Source: Podarcis tiliguerta
Lineage: Eukaryota
DNA: 64,000 nucleotides
Direction: 5' to 3' (one strand)
NCBI GenBank assembly: GCA_965153285.1
Contig: OZ229121.1
The notes under the pieces are model-generated. The model saw only the letters and a list, made by a program, of their open reading frames with translations, made no database searches and was not told the origin of the DNA. Below are positions 12,810 to 25,476 of the stretch, in pieces; position 1 is the stretch's first letter, and each line of letters opens with the position of its first letter. A program made the translations under genes and the position numbers.

Positions 12810-13596
12810 ATTGCATCTTGCTAAATAACCTCGTTGAGAGACCTGGTGAGCGTTGCATGCACTTTTCTACTTTAAATTCTGCTTTATTTGGTTCTTGGTG
12901 AGTAAAAGAAAAATGAGGGAGATTCCTTCGTTATATTGCGCTGAATTTACAGACACTTCCCTACAGTTTGTATTTTTACTGGCTGCTGGTCTTTGCAGGA
13001 TGATTTGAGAGTGGCATTTTGGTTCATTAAAACTGATGGGAAGGGAAACCTTAGCACAACTTCCTGAAAATCTTAAGAGAGAATGAAGAAATGTTTTACC
13101 TGTCCTTCAACCGTATGAAGTTTCCCACTTTCGAGTGCCTTGTGCATCCTGACGTTATTTATCTGCACTGTAAAAATGTTTGAAACGTGATTTACTCATT
13201 TTGTGTTGTTCTCGGCGAATGGCCAGCTTCCTGTTTCTCTGCTTCTGAGCTCTCCCACCTATACTATCGATTGCATTTATAGGTAACCTTTTAGCGGAAA
13301 GATTGGGGAAGTCCTTTGAAAGCACTCGCCATTATTGGAGGTAATCGAGAGTTCCCTGTGAAACCCCGATGAGGGGCGCAAACAATGCGCACGGTGGGGA
13401 GACGTTTTAACTTACTGCTGTTTTATAGATCCCGTAATGGGACTCCGGAAATGAAACAAACCAGATTGCAACTGGGACAAAGCTCACGGCTTTCAAGCCA
13501 ATTGAGGGATAGTTTTTAAAGCGCCCATTCAAAAACCCGAGTCTGTGGAGGGAAGTGTAAATCGCTACCCAGGCAATTGGCACAGAAAACATTTTG

Positions 13597-13690
13597 TGGG
13601 CCTCTGTCCTAAAGACACTTTACTTGGGACCAAAGTCCTAATGGGCTGGGGGGGGGGGGACTTGCTTCTGAGTAAACGTGCTTAGAAATG
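13597..13690. mobile_element. Degenerate family A copy
   Basis: TCCTAAAGACACTTTACTTGGGA..GGGACTTGCTTCTGAGTAAACGTGCTTAG. Confidence 0.5.
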
Positions 13691-15178
13691 AATCAAATGT
13701 ATTAAAAGCGTGGATCTATCAGATGTTAGCATTAGTACCTCTGCTACCTTAGGCCTAGGCGTACCGCCTTCTTTTCATCGCCCTAAAATTTCCACCACGT
13801 TTGTGGGGGAGGGATTACAGTGTGGTGCTTGCTAGGTGATGCCTGGGGGAGTCCACAACAGCCAGGTTAAATATAAAGATGAAAAGGGGCAGCCCCCCCC
13901 CCACCCAAAGTACTGGCTATAAAGGGTATTTGTGCAGAGTTCGCCATGACGGGTTTCCCCTCTGCCTGCCAGACGGAGACAAAAACAAGGACTAAAGCTG
14001 CAGATATATTCCTTGACGAGTTAAAAAATGTCAACAAGAAAAACAAGCCTGTCCTTGCCGGAATGATTCAGCCTTTTCAAAGCTTCTGATGTCGTGTTCT
14101 CAGCTACTTTGGAGAGGATTCCTTTGCCAAAAACAATAACAAAAAAACACAAAAAACCACTCACTGCCAACACACAATAACAACCACGTCGAGACATCCT
14201 CACTTCTTTCCTGCTTTCCGATTTACTATTAAAATTGTCTGGGTCAAGCTTAACAGACGAGATGCTTTTCCTCAGCCACCAAGAGGCTCAAAGAAGAAGA
14301 ATCATTGCTGAGAGACTTATCTGTGCGCGCGTGTTTTTTTACTAACCAAATAAAACTAGGCTAAGCTGTATTCGATATTATTATTATTATTTATTATTAT
14401 TACCTGAATCGAAACCTTTTGGGAAGCCTTGTATGACTAAGCTTATTCTCCCCGCCCCGCCCCAGACTAGGAATATGTGAAAATAATTGAAGCTTTTAAT
14501 TGAGGTGGTTTCTTTTTAATCCGGTCAGTGAGCAGAAGTTCCCGTTTTCGAACTTGTTTGACATTTTCTTATTATATTTTTAAAATTCTTAGATACCACA
14601 TAAATCAACCAACCGGCTGCCTTGCTTTCATCTTCCGGGGAGGGGGGAGGCTGAAGGGTCCTAGCGGGAGAATCAATGGGGAGTTTCCTGGGTGCTGCTT
14701 CATAACGCCTTCAGTCTAGACACCCTAACTTTGCAGAGGTGCCTCTTTTGCTTACAGATGCCAGCGGGGCTGTGCTCTGGGTGTCTACAATCACCTTGAT
14801 TTATTTATCTATACAACACACACACACACACACACACCAATTCCTCTCTAGCCTTCCCCCCGCCTCCAGCTTTTTGGCACAGCGGACGATAACCGCTGTT
14901 TCCAAGTTGCCATCCATCTGCCGGGCTCCGGCGGCGGCTGAGATACGGCGGCTGGGGGGTGTTGTTTGTAACTTTGCTGGTTCGGTGGCGGCGGGTCCCA
15001 GGGGAGAAGGGCCCTCCGCCGCTCTCTCATTGGTCGCCGAGCCATCAGCTGGTGCTATTTGCTGCTGTCGCTTTTGGCGCTCGGCCATCCAGAAACAAAC
15101 CACTTCGATGACTACTAATAGTTATAGCCAGATGTACTAATACACAACAAATCACGGTCCGGGATCTGGGGAGCGTCA

Positions 15179-15629
15179 ATGAGTTCCTATTTTGTGAATC
15201 CCACTTTCCCGGGGAGCCTGCCTAATGGGCAGGAGTCGTTCCTCGGGCAGATCCCCATCTACCCAGCTGGGTACGAGGCTCTGAGGCACTTCCCAGCCTC
15301 TTATGGGGCCGGCAGCCTGCAGGACAAGACCTACTCCTCACCTTGCTTCTATCAACAGTCCACCAACACGGTCATCGCCTGCAACCGGGCATCCTATGAC
15401 TATGGAGCCTCTTGCTTCTATCCAGACAAGGACTTGGGCGGCGCCTCCTCGCCCTCCGGCAGTGGCAAGCAAAGGGCCAGCCACCCTGGGGACTATCTGC
15501 CCTGCTTTGCTTCTGACCAGCAGTACAAGCCCGAGAGCGGGCCGGCCAAAATCCTAAACGAGGAAGGAAGCGACCGGAAGTACAGCAGCCCTGTTTATCC
15601 TTGGATGCAAAGGATGAACTCGTGCGCTG
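15179..15629 (+). CDS. HOXA6: Homeobox protein Hox-A6, coding exon 1
   Basis: [15 protein letters not shown]...[14 protein letters not shown]; donor CTG|GTAAGT after 15629 (451 nt, phase 1). Confidence 0.96.
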
Positions 15630-16562
15630 GTAAGTCACAGGGATGCAAGCAAGGGGTGGGGGTGAAAGTGAAGGTGAGGGGGGAGAGAGATAAAGGGCTT
15701 TGGGGGAGGATGGAGGAATATGAGAGGGGTTTTTTGCAGGGGGGTGAACTGGATCTATGAAGACCAGTGTCACCTGCAAGCAAATGGGTAGGCTGAGATT
15801 CCCCTCCAGGTTCTCCTCTATCCTGACACTTTGCTGGGCGGGGTGAGGTCGAGTGGGGTGGGGGGGCTCCTTTGAAAAAGTATGCATTTATTTATTTATT
15901 TATTTTAAAGGAAAGGTCGCCTAAAGTCTGAGTCAGCAGATAAAGGTTGCAATGCCAAACAGTCATACCTGAGAGCCAGTTCGGTATAAAGTACTAAGGT
16001 CTGGTGCTCGTTGTAAGGCTTGGTTGGTGGTTACTGCTGCTACTAGTACGAAATAATCGTGATTAAAAGAAGCCCGCTTCCATGAGAGCCAAAGACTGAT
16101 GCAAAGGAATATGCCCTCTGTATTGACTGCTCCATATATTTGCAAGACAGATTCTCTCTTCCCCCTCCCTTCACCCACTCATTAGTGTGTAAGTATTAGC
16201 TACTGAATGCACGTTTTCCAGTAATATGTGCACGCACACAAATCATCTACTGGGGGCGGAGGAGGTGGGAAGAGAGGAAACTTGATCAATGGCCAAATTC
16301 CCATTGATTTCAATGGATCAGAATTCCATCCTTTGTCCCTCTTAAAGGAAAAGATTGGAAAGGAGAGGAAAAGACATGCAAAATTTAAACTCCACAACGC
16401 ATTTTTATTCAGGTTTTTCCTACATAAGTTTACCTTCTCCGTTGTGAGTTTGTTTCTTTTGGGGGCACCACACTGCAGTAAATATAAGACTTTGGGGTGG
16501 GGGCTTCTTGCTTTTAGAATGCATATTAGGATTTATTTCTTTGTAATTATACTTCGTTTCTA

Positions 16563-16644
16563 GGCTGTCATCCTAAGAGCACTTACTTGGAAGTAGGCTT
16601 TACTGAAATCAATGGCCTTGCAAATAAATGAGCTCAGGAACTGG
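16563..16644. mobile_element. Family A MITE-like copy, HOXA6 intron
   Basis: GGCTGTCATCCTAAGAGCACTTACTTGGAAGTAGG..ACTGAAATCAATGG. Confidence 0.55.
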
Positions 16645-16670
16645 TATCTGTTGCTTTAATTATTATGAAA

Positions 16671-16803
16671 GGTCGTGGTCCAGGCAAAGTTAAGCACTTT
16701 CAGGTCGCACTTATTTTAAATAGAGCAGAGTTAAGGACGTGCGCCTGCTCGAGTATGCCTCTGAAAACCAATGGAGCTGCTTAACTTTGTCCGGATCCTG
16801 CCC
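16671..16803. mobile_element. MITE-like element with ~25-bp imperfect TIRs, HOXA6 intron
   Basis: TCCAGGCAAAGTTAAGCA / TGCTTAACTTTGTCCGGA inverted repeats. Confidence 0.6.
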
Positions 16804-16815
16804 AGGTACCCTATC

Positions 16816-16904
16816 GGAGTAATCTTAGGCATGTTCACTTATAAGTAGGTCCTGTTGAGTTCCATGGGGTTTACTCCCAGGTAGATGGGTATAGGATTGC
16901 AGCC
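16816..16904. mobile_element. Family A MITE-like copy (reverse orientation), HOXA6 intron
   Basis: TTTACTCCCAGGTAGATGGGTATAGGATTGCAGCC is close to the reverse complement of the left end of the 26923 copy. Confidence 0.65.
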
Positions 16905-17285
16905 TGAGTTTTTGCCGACGCCACAGCGAGATAGAAATGTCACACACCCCACACAGAGTCAGTCACAGCGTCTGCATATGTGCCCGTTTGCGTGCCATAT
17001 GAGGGTATTTTCTGCGTGTTGAGCGCGGAATTTTAGCCCCGACGTCAATACGAACGTTCGCTTCCCAAAGTTCTGTTACCAACTAGATATCCCTGGGAAA
17101 TATTTAACCCGGGAAACGTTGAGGAAGGGACTGAACTTTCCCCACGCATCTCGTTATATCTTCCTATGCAAGGATATGGGCTGGGGGTGGGGGAGAGAGG
17201 GGGGGGGGGGGAACACACACACCAGCGCAGCTCGAAGCAGTTTTCCTCCATTGTTAACAGAAAGCACGAAGGCCTCTTCAACTGA

Positions 17286-17567
<282 letters not shown>

Positions 17568-19711
17568 AACAATGCTTACAACGAGGCGGGGGGGGGTGTG
17601 GAGTTGCCACCATACCCTCTCATTAGTTGCTCTTTACATTTCCCCTTACCCCCTCCCCTCTTATGTTCCTCCAGGAATATATATATATATAGATATAATT
17701 CGTATTGTAATGGTTCTGACGACTTTCAAAGGCTTGATTAAAATATATACCTATTTATATATATCTATATATATTTGCAATTAACTGTGAATTTCTGGAT
17801 CGGTAGGATAAATGGACATGGAAGAGAGTGGTGCACATAACCAGGTCTCCAAAGTGTAGGCTAGGATATGCTTCAGATGGTATCAAGATTCTTTTTTTTA
17901 AAAAAAAAAAATACCCAACACCAAACAAACTTTGAAGTGGAGCATCGGTGTTAATATGAAAGACTGGAAATTGGTGGACAAAAAAAGGGGGAGCGGCGGT
18001 CGCTTGCTCAGAGGGAAACCTCCATATTCTAGGACGGCCAGAGATGTACAGGCGTCTTATTTATGTCTTTGCTGCTAACTCGGGATAGATTGGTGCCATT
18101 GTTCGTCTCCTTTTCACCTCAGACCTGAGCCTATTCATTCGGATTTTTTTAAAAAAAATACAAAACAAAAAAATAAAAAGACTCCATGATTAAAGTTGCC
18201 ACTATGGGGACTTTATGTCACCGAAATATTACAGTACAGATTAGGAAAAGCGTGTTTCCTTGTACATATGATTGAAATATATAGTTAGGATCCAACCCTA
18301 TCAAAAAAAAAATAGGGAAAGGGGAAATTTCAATAATGAGATTAAACGTTTTTCTGTTGTTGTTTTAAATACAGCCTTGAAGTGTTGATGAACCGCTATG
18401 GATGTTTCAAGATGGCCACATATTTGCGTACTGTTTTAAATAGCAAAAGCCTGCATTTAAAAAAACAACCCCACAAAGCTCAAAATACTGTAATTAAAAG
18501 CACAACAAGTGAAGGGAGAAGTATCTCCAGGCAGGCAGAGATGGGTAGAATTCGAATTAAAGGAGTGTGTGTGTGTGTGTGTGTGTACACACACGTATAT
18601 GCACGCTCATAAACACAACTTGACTATCGAGGGTAACTTTGATTTCTGAGTACTGTTGAAGCAGCAGGCAGAATACTGAATCGTGGCTGTTTCCCCAACG
18701 CCCCCCCCATCACATTTGGTTAAATTTCTAAACAACAACAGTAAATTATGATGGTGATGGAAGCAAAGTCGAAATGTAGCTACTATTCTATGCTTTCATT
18801 GAGAATGTGTGGAAGAAGGATGCGGCGCAAGCACGGTTTGCTTTAAATAACAGTGACAGTGAAAATGTGTCTTTATATATGCGATTAAGTGTGTTTGGCG
18901 TCCTCTGTGTATATGTGGAAATGCAAAGGTCTTTTTCGATACTATGAAAAGTGTACTTTTTGGGAAATGACTCTGAATACTAATAAAAGTGAAATAGTGA
19001 AAACCTACCCCTCAAAAGATCACCACCATTATATATATATATATATGTTGTTGTGAAATTGGGTGGGGGAGGGAGAGAATATTCCATGGTGTCATAAAAT
19101 GATACTGGGGTTTGCTTGCTTTTAGTTCCAGGCTGTTTAAAAGAGGCTTAGAGAACAGCTCAGCTGTAGGAAATTTTGAAATCGGCACTGATCTTTAAAA
19201 ATACACAGCGATCGATCCCCCGCCACCCCTTTTATCCTGGTTTTTCAAGCGCCTGAGAAAAAAGGACACCATAGTAATTGTTGCTAGAATGTTGGGGTTT
19301 ATTGCTTTCCTCTAATTGGCTTCAATAATAATTTGTCTTTTCCCTTCCTCCTGCAAAAGAAATCCCTATATATATATATATGGCTCTCTCTATTTATATA
19401 GCTTTTCTTTGTAAGGAATCTCTAGCAGAATGGGGGATGTTAGAAAATAATAAAGGAATGTGCAAGATTAAAAGGAATCTTACTGAAAAGGAAAGATTGA
19501 ATATATTATTTCTCCCCTATGCTTCTGAATTCTTGCTGGTTTTCTGATCTGGAGCCGATAGCCCTTAAAAATTGGTCCATACTAATGGAACTGTGTGAGA
19601 GATGCCATAATTTTGCTATAATGGGCTGTAACCTCGATTCGACCCCAGACTTGCGAGTAAGCCCCTGGCTGGGGCGGGGGGGGGTTGTTGCGGAGATGAA
19701 GATCCCGCTTT

Positions 19712-19728
19712 CCTCCAGAGGGTGGCGC
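19712..19728 (+). promoter_or_regulatory. Candidate CTCF site upstream of HOXA5 (C5|6-type)
   Basis: CCTCCAGAGGGTGGCGC resembles the CTCF core and lies about 390 bp upstream of the HOXA5 ATG, in the same orientation as the site at 360. Confidence 0.45.
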
Positions 19729-19813
19729 ACGAGGCCGACTGACAGTCGCGAGCTGGCGGCCGGGTGCGCGCGCCGGCGCGCGCGCCCCAGCCCTTCCAGC
19801 ATCCACCCAAACT

Positions 19814-19985
19814 NNNNNNNNNNNNNNNNNNNNNNNNNNNNNNNNNNNNNNNNNNNNNNNNNNNNNNNNNNNNNNNNNNNNNNNNNNNNNNNNNNNNNNN
19901 NNNNNNNNNNNNNNNNNNNNNNNNNNNNNNNNNNNNNNNNNNNNNNNNNNNNNNNNNNNNNNNNNNNNNNNNNNNNNNNNNNNNN
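19814..19985. other. Assembly gap over the expected HOXA5 core promoter
   Basis: Run of N. Further gaps at 24104-24243, 49369-49504, 57189-57328 and 58372-58541. Confidence 1.
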
Positions 19986-20108
19986 ATAGACGCACCAAAA
20001 AACGAAGCAAAGAGCCACAAATCAAGCCCCCCGATCAAAAAAAAAAAGCAACAAAAAAATCCCAACCAACAACAACAACAAAAAAATCATCATCAACAAA
20101 AAAAACAA

Positions 20109-20802
20109 ATGAGCTCTTATTTTGTAAACTCATTTTGCGGTCGCTATCCAAATGGCCCGGACTACCCGTTACATAATTATGGAGATCCCAGTGCCGTGAG
20201 CGAGCAATTCAGGGACTCCGCCAACATGCATTCCGGCAGGTACGGCGGCGGCGGCGGCGGCGGAGGCTACGGCTACAATGGCATGGACCTCAGCGTCGGC
20301 CGCTCGGCTTCCAGCCACTTTGGGGCAGGGGGCCCCTCGGAGAGGGCTCGCAGCAGCTACCCCGCCAGCGCTGCCCCCGAGGCCAGGTACGCCAGCCGGG
20401 CGGCGGCGGGGGCCACGGGGGCCACTCACTCGCCTCCGCCTGACCCTCTGCCCTGCGCCGCCGCCGCTGCCGTGGCGGCCACCTCGCCTGTCAGCGGCGA
20501 CGCTCATCACGGCGGCAGCGTGAAAAACTCCACGGCCAACTCGAGCAGCACTTCGTCCACTTCCAGCAGCGGCGCCAGCAGCAGCAGCAGCAGCAGCACC
20601 AGCGCCAGCAGCAGCGCCAGCAGCACGGGCAACAACCCCCACCACCTAGGCAGAGAAGGGCTCAGCACGTCGCCAGGCACCGAGGAGGACGCCCCGGCCA
20701 GCAGCGAGCAGGCGAATCCCCAGCAGAACGACCAAAGCACAGCTCCACAGCCGCCACAGCCCCAGATCTACCCCTGGATGAGAAAACTGCACATAAGCCA
20801 TG
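20109..20802 (+). CDS. HOXA5: Homeobox protein Hox-A5, coding exon 1
   Basis: [19 protein letters not shown]...[15 protein letters not shown]; donor ATG|GTAAAA after 20802 (694 nt, phase 1). Confidence 0.97.
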
Positions 20803-21283
20803 GTAAAAAGCATGCCCGGATTACAATATCTATGTATGAGAGAGGGGTGGAGAGGGGGGGGGAGTGTGTGTCGAGGGAGAGAGAAGGTAGATTGTTTGCA
20901 AAATAGAAAACGTGGTGGGCAAGAAATGTGCTTTCTCTTGCTCTCTGTGCTCCTCTGCCTGCTTGTCTGGTCTATGCGGAGGAAACACCCCCCCCCCCAA
21001 AAAAAAACCCGGTCCCTCCTGGAAAAGGCAAGTGGGATTTTGGAAATCGGGGTAGGGCGAGCCAAGCTCTCTTTAATAACTGTTCTAAGTCTCCCGAACT
21101 GTGAGGTGTAATTGAAATTTGGGGGGAGGGGAGGGAGAGGGGGAAAGCGTGTGTGTGTGAGAGAGAGAGGGATCTTGAATAGTGCGTGTCAGTCCTTGTA
21201 ATTTATGACGAGGACCGTCCAGTGAAAAACACCGTTACTAATTATATCAAAAAAGAAGTTGAGTAAATAATGTGTGTGTGTGG

Positions 21284-21319
<36 letters not shown>

Positions 21320-21779
21320 GGGGGGAAATATTTTTTTCTGGGAGGGAAGGAAGTCGAGGGAAAACTTAAGAGAGGAGGTTGGAGGGGGGCAATTGGGGGG
21401 GGGGTTAGTCCTGCAGTCCAGAGTGCACTTGGAAATTCTTCCCAGTGACTCCCAGATAAAGTGTGTTCAGATCAGGAGTGGGACAGGACTTCAGAGGGTG
21501 CTTGGTTTGGGTGTTTATGTTTGTGTAAAACTCACTCTAATAACAACTTCCCCACGACCCTAAGCATACTGTCAGGAGGAAGTAAGTTCTCATGAAGCCA
21601 AATGGTTTTGTTTTCTTTTACTTGCGAGTAATACGTTAAGGATCGGGGTGCAGAAGGGAGCTGCCATCCTGTCCTCCCCAGATTAAGTAAAATTCCTCAG
21701 AAGAGGCAAAGGGGAGGCTACTCAAATTCAGAGCCCGGGATATTATTTGAGAGAAAGGGAGAAGAGATAGATGCGGGTG

Positions 21780-21810
<31 letters not shown>

Positions 21811-21944
21811 AAGAGCTACTTGTTGATCATTTTCTCCCAACTTAACGCCCATACCAAACAGAGAAGGAAATCAGGGAGAGGAAGATTGGAGAGGAAGGAT
21901 CCGGGGTGGCGGCGGTGGGACGTCTCCTCTTGCCAAAGGTCTAA

Positions 21945-22229
<285 letters not shown>

Positions 22230-22252
22230 GAGGAAAACCCCCCGGCCCTGAA

Positions 22253-22291
<39 letters not shown>
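22253..22291. repeat. (GCT)13 trinucleotide repeat at the start of the HOXA5 3'UTR
   Basis: 13 perfect units beginning 24 nt after the stop codon. Confidence 0.95.
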
Positions 22292-22293
<2 letters not shown>

Positions 22294-24243
22294 TTCTCCT
22301 TCTTCCTTCCCCGGAAGAAAACAAAACAAAAAAACCCGAGTAACTGAGCAGTATTATAATTGAGCTGACCCTGCGTGGAATGTCAGTAGCCTCTTCTCGC
22401 TCTCGCTCTCCTTCTGCCCCTCGTTCTGTAGACCACATTGACTTGCTCCAACTTCTCTGGGAGGCTGAAGATTCCCTCGCCCATCGTTTCATCCTGAGCC
22501 TGTTTTAATTGAGCCCCCACCCCGCCCGCGTCTCTCTCTCCCTCTCTCTCTCTCTAGCGCGTGTTACGAGTAGATCTGCTTCCCGTGCATTTTATGTCTT
22601 GAATGGCTTTTGTCTTGAAGGGGGGGGGGGACAATGTAGATGTTTTAACTTATTTATATGAAGCGAGTGGTGTTACTTGAAGTAACTGTAAAGTGGGAGG
22701 GGGGAACCGAGGGGGGGGGGGAAGACACCCTAGACAAACACAAAAGTAAAGATCCCTCGTTCGCTTCCCCCTCAAGTCCTTCCCTTCTGGCTCCCCTGCA
22801 AGTCCTGTTTGACTCCCAATGTTCTCTCTCTGTGTGTGTTGCACTCGCTGTGCTTTGCTGTGCATGTGTGTTCAAAACGTGTCAGTGTCTGTATAGCTCC
22901 AAGCTGTGGCCGAGATTTCCGATCAGAAACGACCTGTCTTATTTCCCTGTGTCCATTAATGGCTGTTGTAGAGGTGAATATGACGAAATACAAAAACGGA
23001 ACGTGTCCTAACGTGTAGTGAATAGTGAATCTGTGACGAAAACTGTGATTCCAGACAGTATGTCCTTTGCTTGTGCCTTTGTATATGACTCTCTTTGCAC
23101 GAAGTCTTAGAAGTGGCTTTTTTATTAAGCGCAGCTTCAGTAACGTATTTCCCACCCCCCCTTTTCTCTCTTATAGCTTCCTTCCTTTCTTTTGGTGAAC
23201 AAAGTTACACATAGAGTCAAAGTCTGGCTGTTTGAGCAAACAATAATAATAATAATCATAGCAGCAACAACAACAATAATGTGATCGGTTTTGAAAAGAA
23301 ACTGGTTTTTTTTTTTTAATAACTGACTGGAAAAAAAATAAACTTTCTATTGTAAGGGTTTTCCCCTTTTCTTTCTTCCCCATCGAACCCCCGGTTTTTG
23401 TTTTTACTTCTGCGGGTAGTTTGGTTTCTACCCTAACGGAGATGTCCTTAGCTTCATCACTCTAACTAGAGCAAAGTTGGAGAAGGACCTAACCCAAATT
23501 CAAAGTTGATGCAGACACGATTGCCCCAGATCCCTTGGAATTGTAAAGTTATTCTTTGGATGGGGGGGGGGCTCACAATAACAGACCCTCAGCCAACTCC
23601 TTGTCTTGGAAAGTGGGGTGGGAGGGAGAAGGAATGCCCCAAACTTCTGCTCTTTCTTGGCTGGGGAAGAAAAAAAGAAGAAGAAGACGACTGTCCTTTC
23701 TTCAACAACATTATCATCTCCAGAACCTGCTTTATACTATCTCCATCGGTTCATCCTCATAAGTTAAAGAAAGCTAGATCTGCCAGAAAGGTCTTGCAGC
23801 TGTGAGCACCAGTCCAACATGGGGGGGGGGGAGTATTTAAATAAACCAGATACACCCACCTTCTTATTCTGCACTCTTAAAAAAAGGTATTGGGGAAGGG
23901 TTTTGTGGCTGTTGTTGGGCGGGTGGGGATAAATTCCACCCTTCGACATAACAGTCATTTATTTATTTATTTTCGCTACAGCTACTCTTTTTTTGCTAGG
24001 AAATGTAACGTTACTTACCCTCACCAGGGCTTGAATGGTTAACTCTCCCGAGCTTCTAAGCGCAACTAAAGCTTTGCACATTTACAGACGGCTTTACATT
24101 GATNNNNNNNNNNNNNNNNNNNNNNNNNNNNNNNNNNNNNNNNNNNNNNNNNNNNNNNNNNNNNNNNNNNNNNNNNNNNNNNNNNNNNNNNNNNNNNNNN
24201 NNNNNNNNNNNNNNNNNNNNNNNNNNNNNNNNNNNNNNNNNNN

Positions 24244-24480
24244 GCTATAAAAAGTCACGTGGTGCCATTAAAGTAAGTTTTATGGTTTTGGGGAGTTGTC
24301 ATCCAACATTATATACCACATAACATATAATCACACTGACGATGGACTTCATTTGACTCTTTTGCAGGCTACGTGCGCCTCCTGGCCATTCAAATTGTCA
24401 GGTTTAGGTACAGAAGTATCCATTCCCCCAAGTTCTCAAATACTCTCTGAAAAAATGGCTCATTGCAAGTTAAGGTAAGT
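24244..24480 (+). promoter_or_regulatory. Candidate promoter and non-coding first exon downstream of HOXA5
   Basis: TATAAAAA, GTCACGTGG, CCATTAA and TTTTATGG, followed by a perfect donor AAG|GTAAGT at 24474/24475. The 5' part is hidden by an N gap. Confidence 0.45.
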
Positions 24481-25461
24481 TTCGTGCACAAGTTCCTTAA
24501 GTTTATTTGTACAGTGAAGAGCTCGCCTGTCGTTGCCTGGCTCCTTCTTAACGCTGCCCCGTTGATTCGGAAGGGAAGAAATAATATTTGAAAGGCGCAG
24601 GTTACAGTGGGTGGGGGGCCGTTGTCCCTCCCCCCCCCCATTTTTATCTAACCTCTCCTTTTAAAAATTTTATCCGTCGAATCCAGGCAAACCACAATAA
24701 GCGACTTTGGCAGAGATGGATTTTGAGGCCTAACTTTAATTACTTTGACTACGGCAAATGATAATGACTTCCTTTGCTTCAGGAACTTTTCCGTGCCCAG
24801 TGATTTTGTTTATTGAGGGGGCAGAGAGTCCGCAGGCGATTTTTTTTTCAAAAAAATATATTTTAATGAAAGGAACATAGATCTGGCTATATCTGTAGAC
24901 TGGGCATCCCTGTCTTTGCGGGGCGGGATGTGTGTGGAATTGACGCAGTCGTAGGTTTTCCAAGATAAGTTTTCCAACTTATCGTCTCTAAAAGACAAGG
25001 AAGGTGCGTTCCAAGTCTGACTTTTTACGTGGTTAAGGTTCTTTGAGACTTATCTCTCCTTCATAAGTACCCTCACCTACCTACATCTCTCTCGGTGTCC
25101 CTCTCTGTGTGTACATAGAGTGTATATAGACGCAATTTACACCCTTACCGTAGATTCCCCACAACCCCAGTGTCTTCATTTCGCGCTGGTTCCTTTATCC
25201 CTTCCCATGAAGGAACAAATTGACTGTAACTTTTACAGGAGATTCTACGTGTCATTGGAGTGCTTGGAATTATGAAGGACAATACGCATAGGTTTATAGG
25301 CGATAGTAAATAACCCCATTTATATAGATATCCGTATATATATCTACATACACACATTACTGGCTGGGAATTGCAGGGTAGGCCCCAGCTGCCTGTTTAT
25401 TTCAACATTCTTTTTTTCCCCTATTTAAGTAGACTCTTCTCACTAGAGTGTGATTACTCAG

Positions 25462-25476
25462 CAATAAACTTTATGA
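25462..25476. promoter_or_regulatory. Paired inverted Cdx-type sites (Hoxa5 3' mesodermal-enhancer-like)
   Basis: CAATAAA-C-TTTATGA, about 3.2 kb downstream of the HOXA5 stop. Confidence 0.45.

Noticed and set aside
19764-20108. N-terminal extension of HOXA5 in the 380-aa ORF call
   Set aside because: It runs through an N gap and an A/C-rich leader. The conserved start is MSSYFVNS at 20109.
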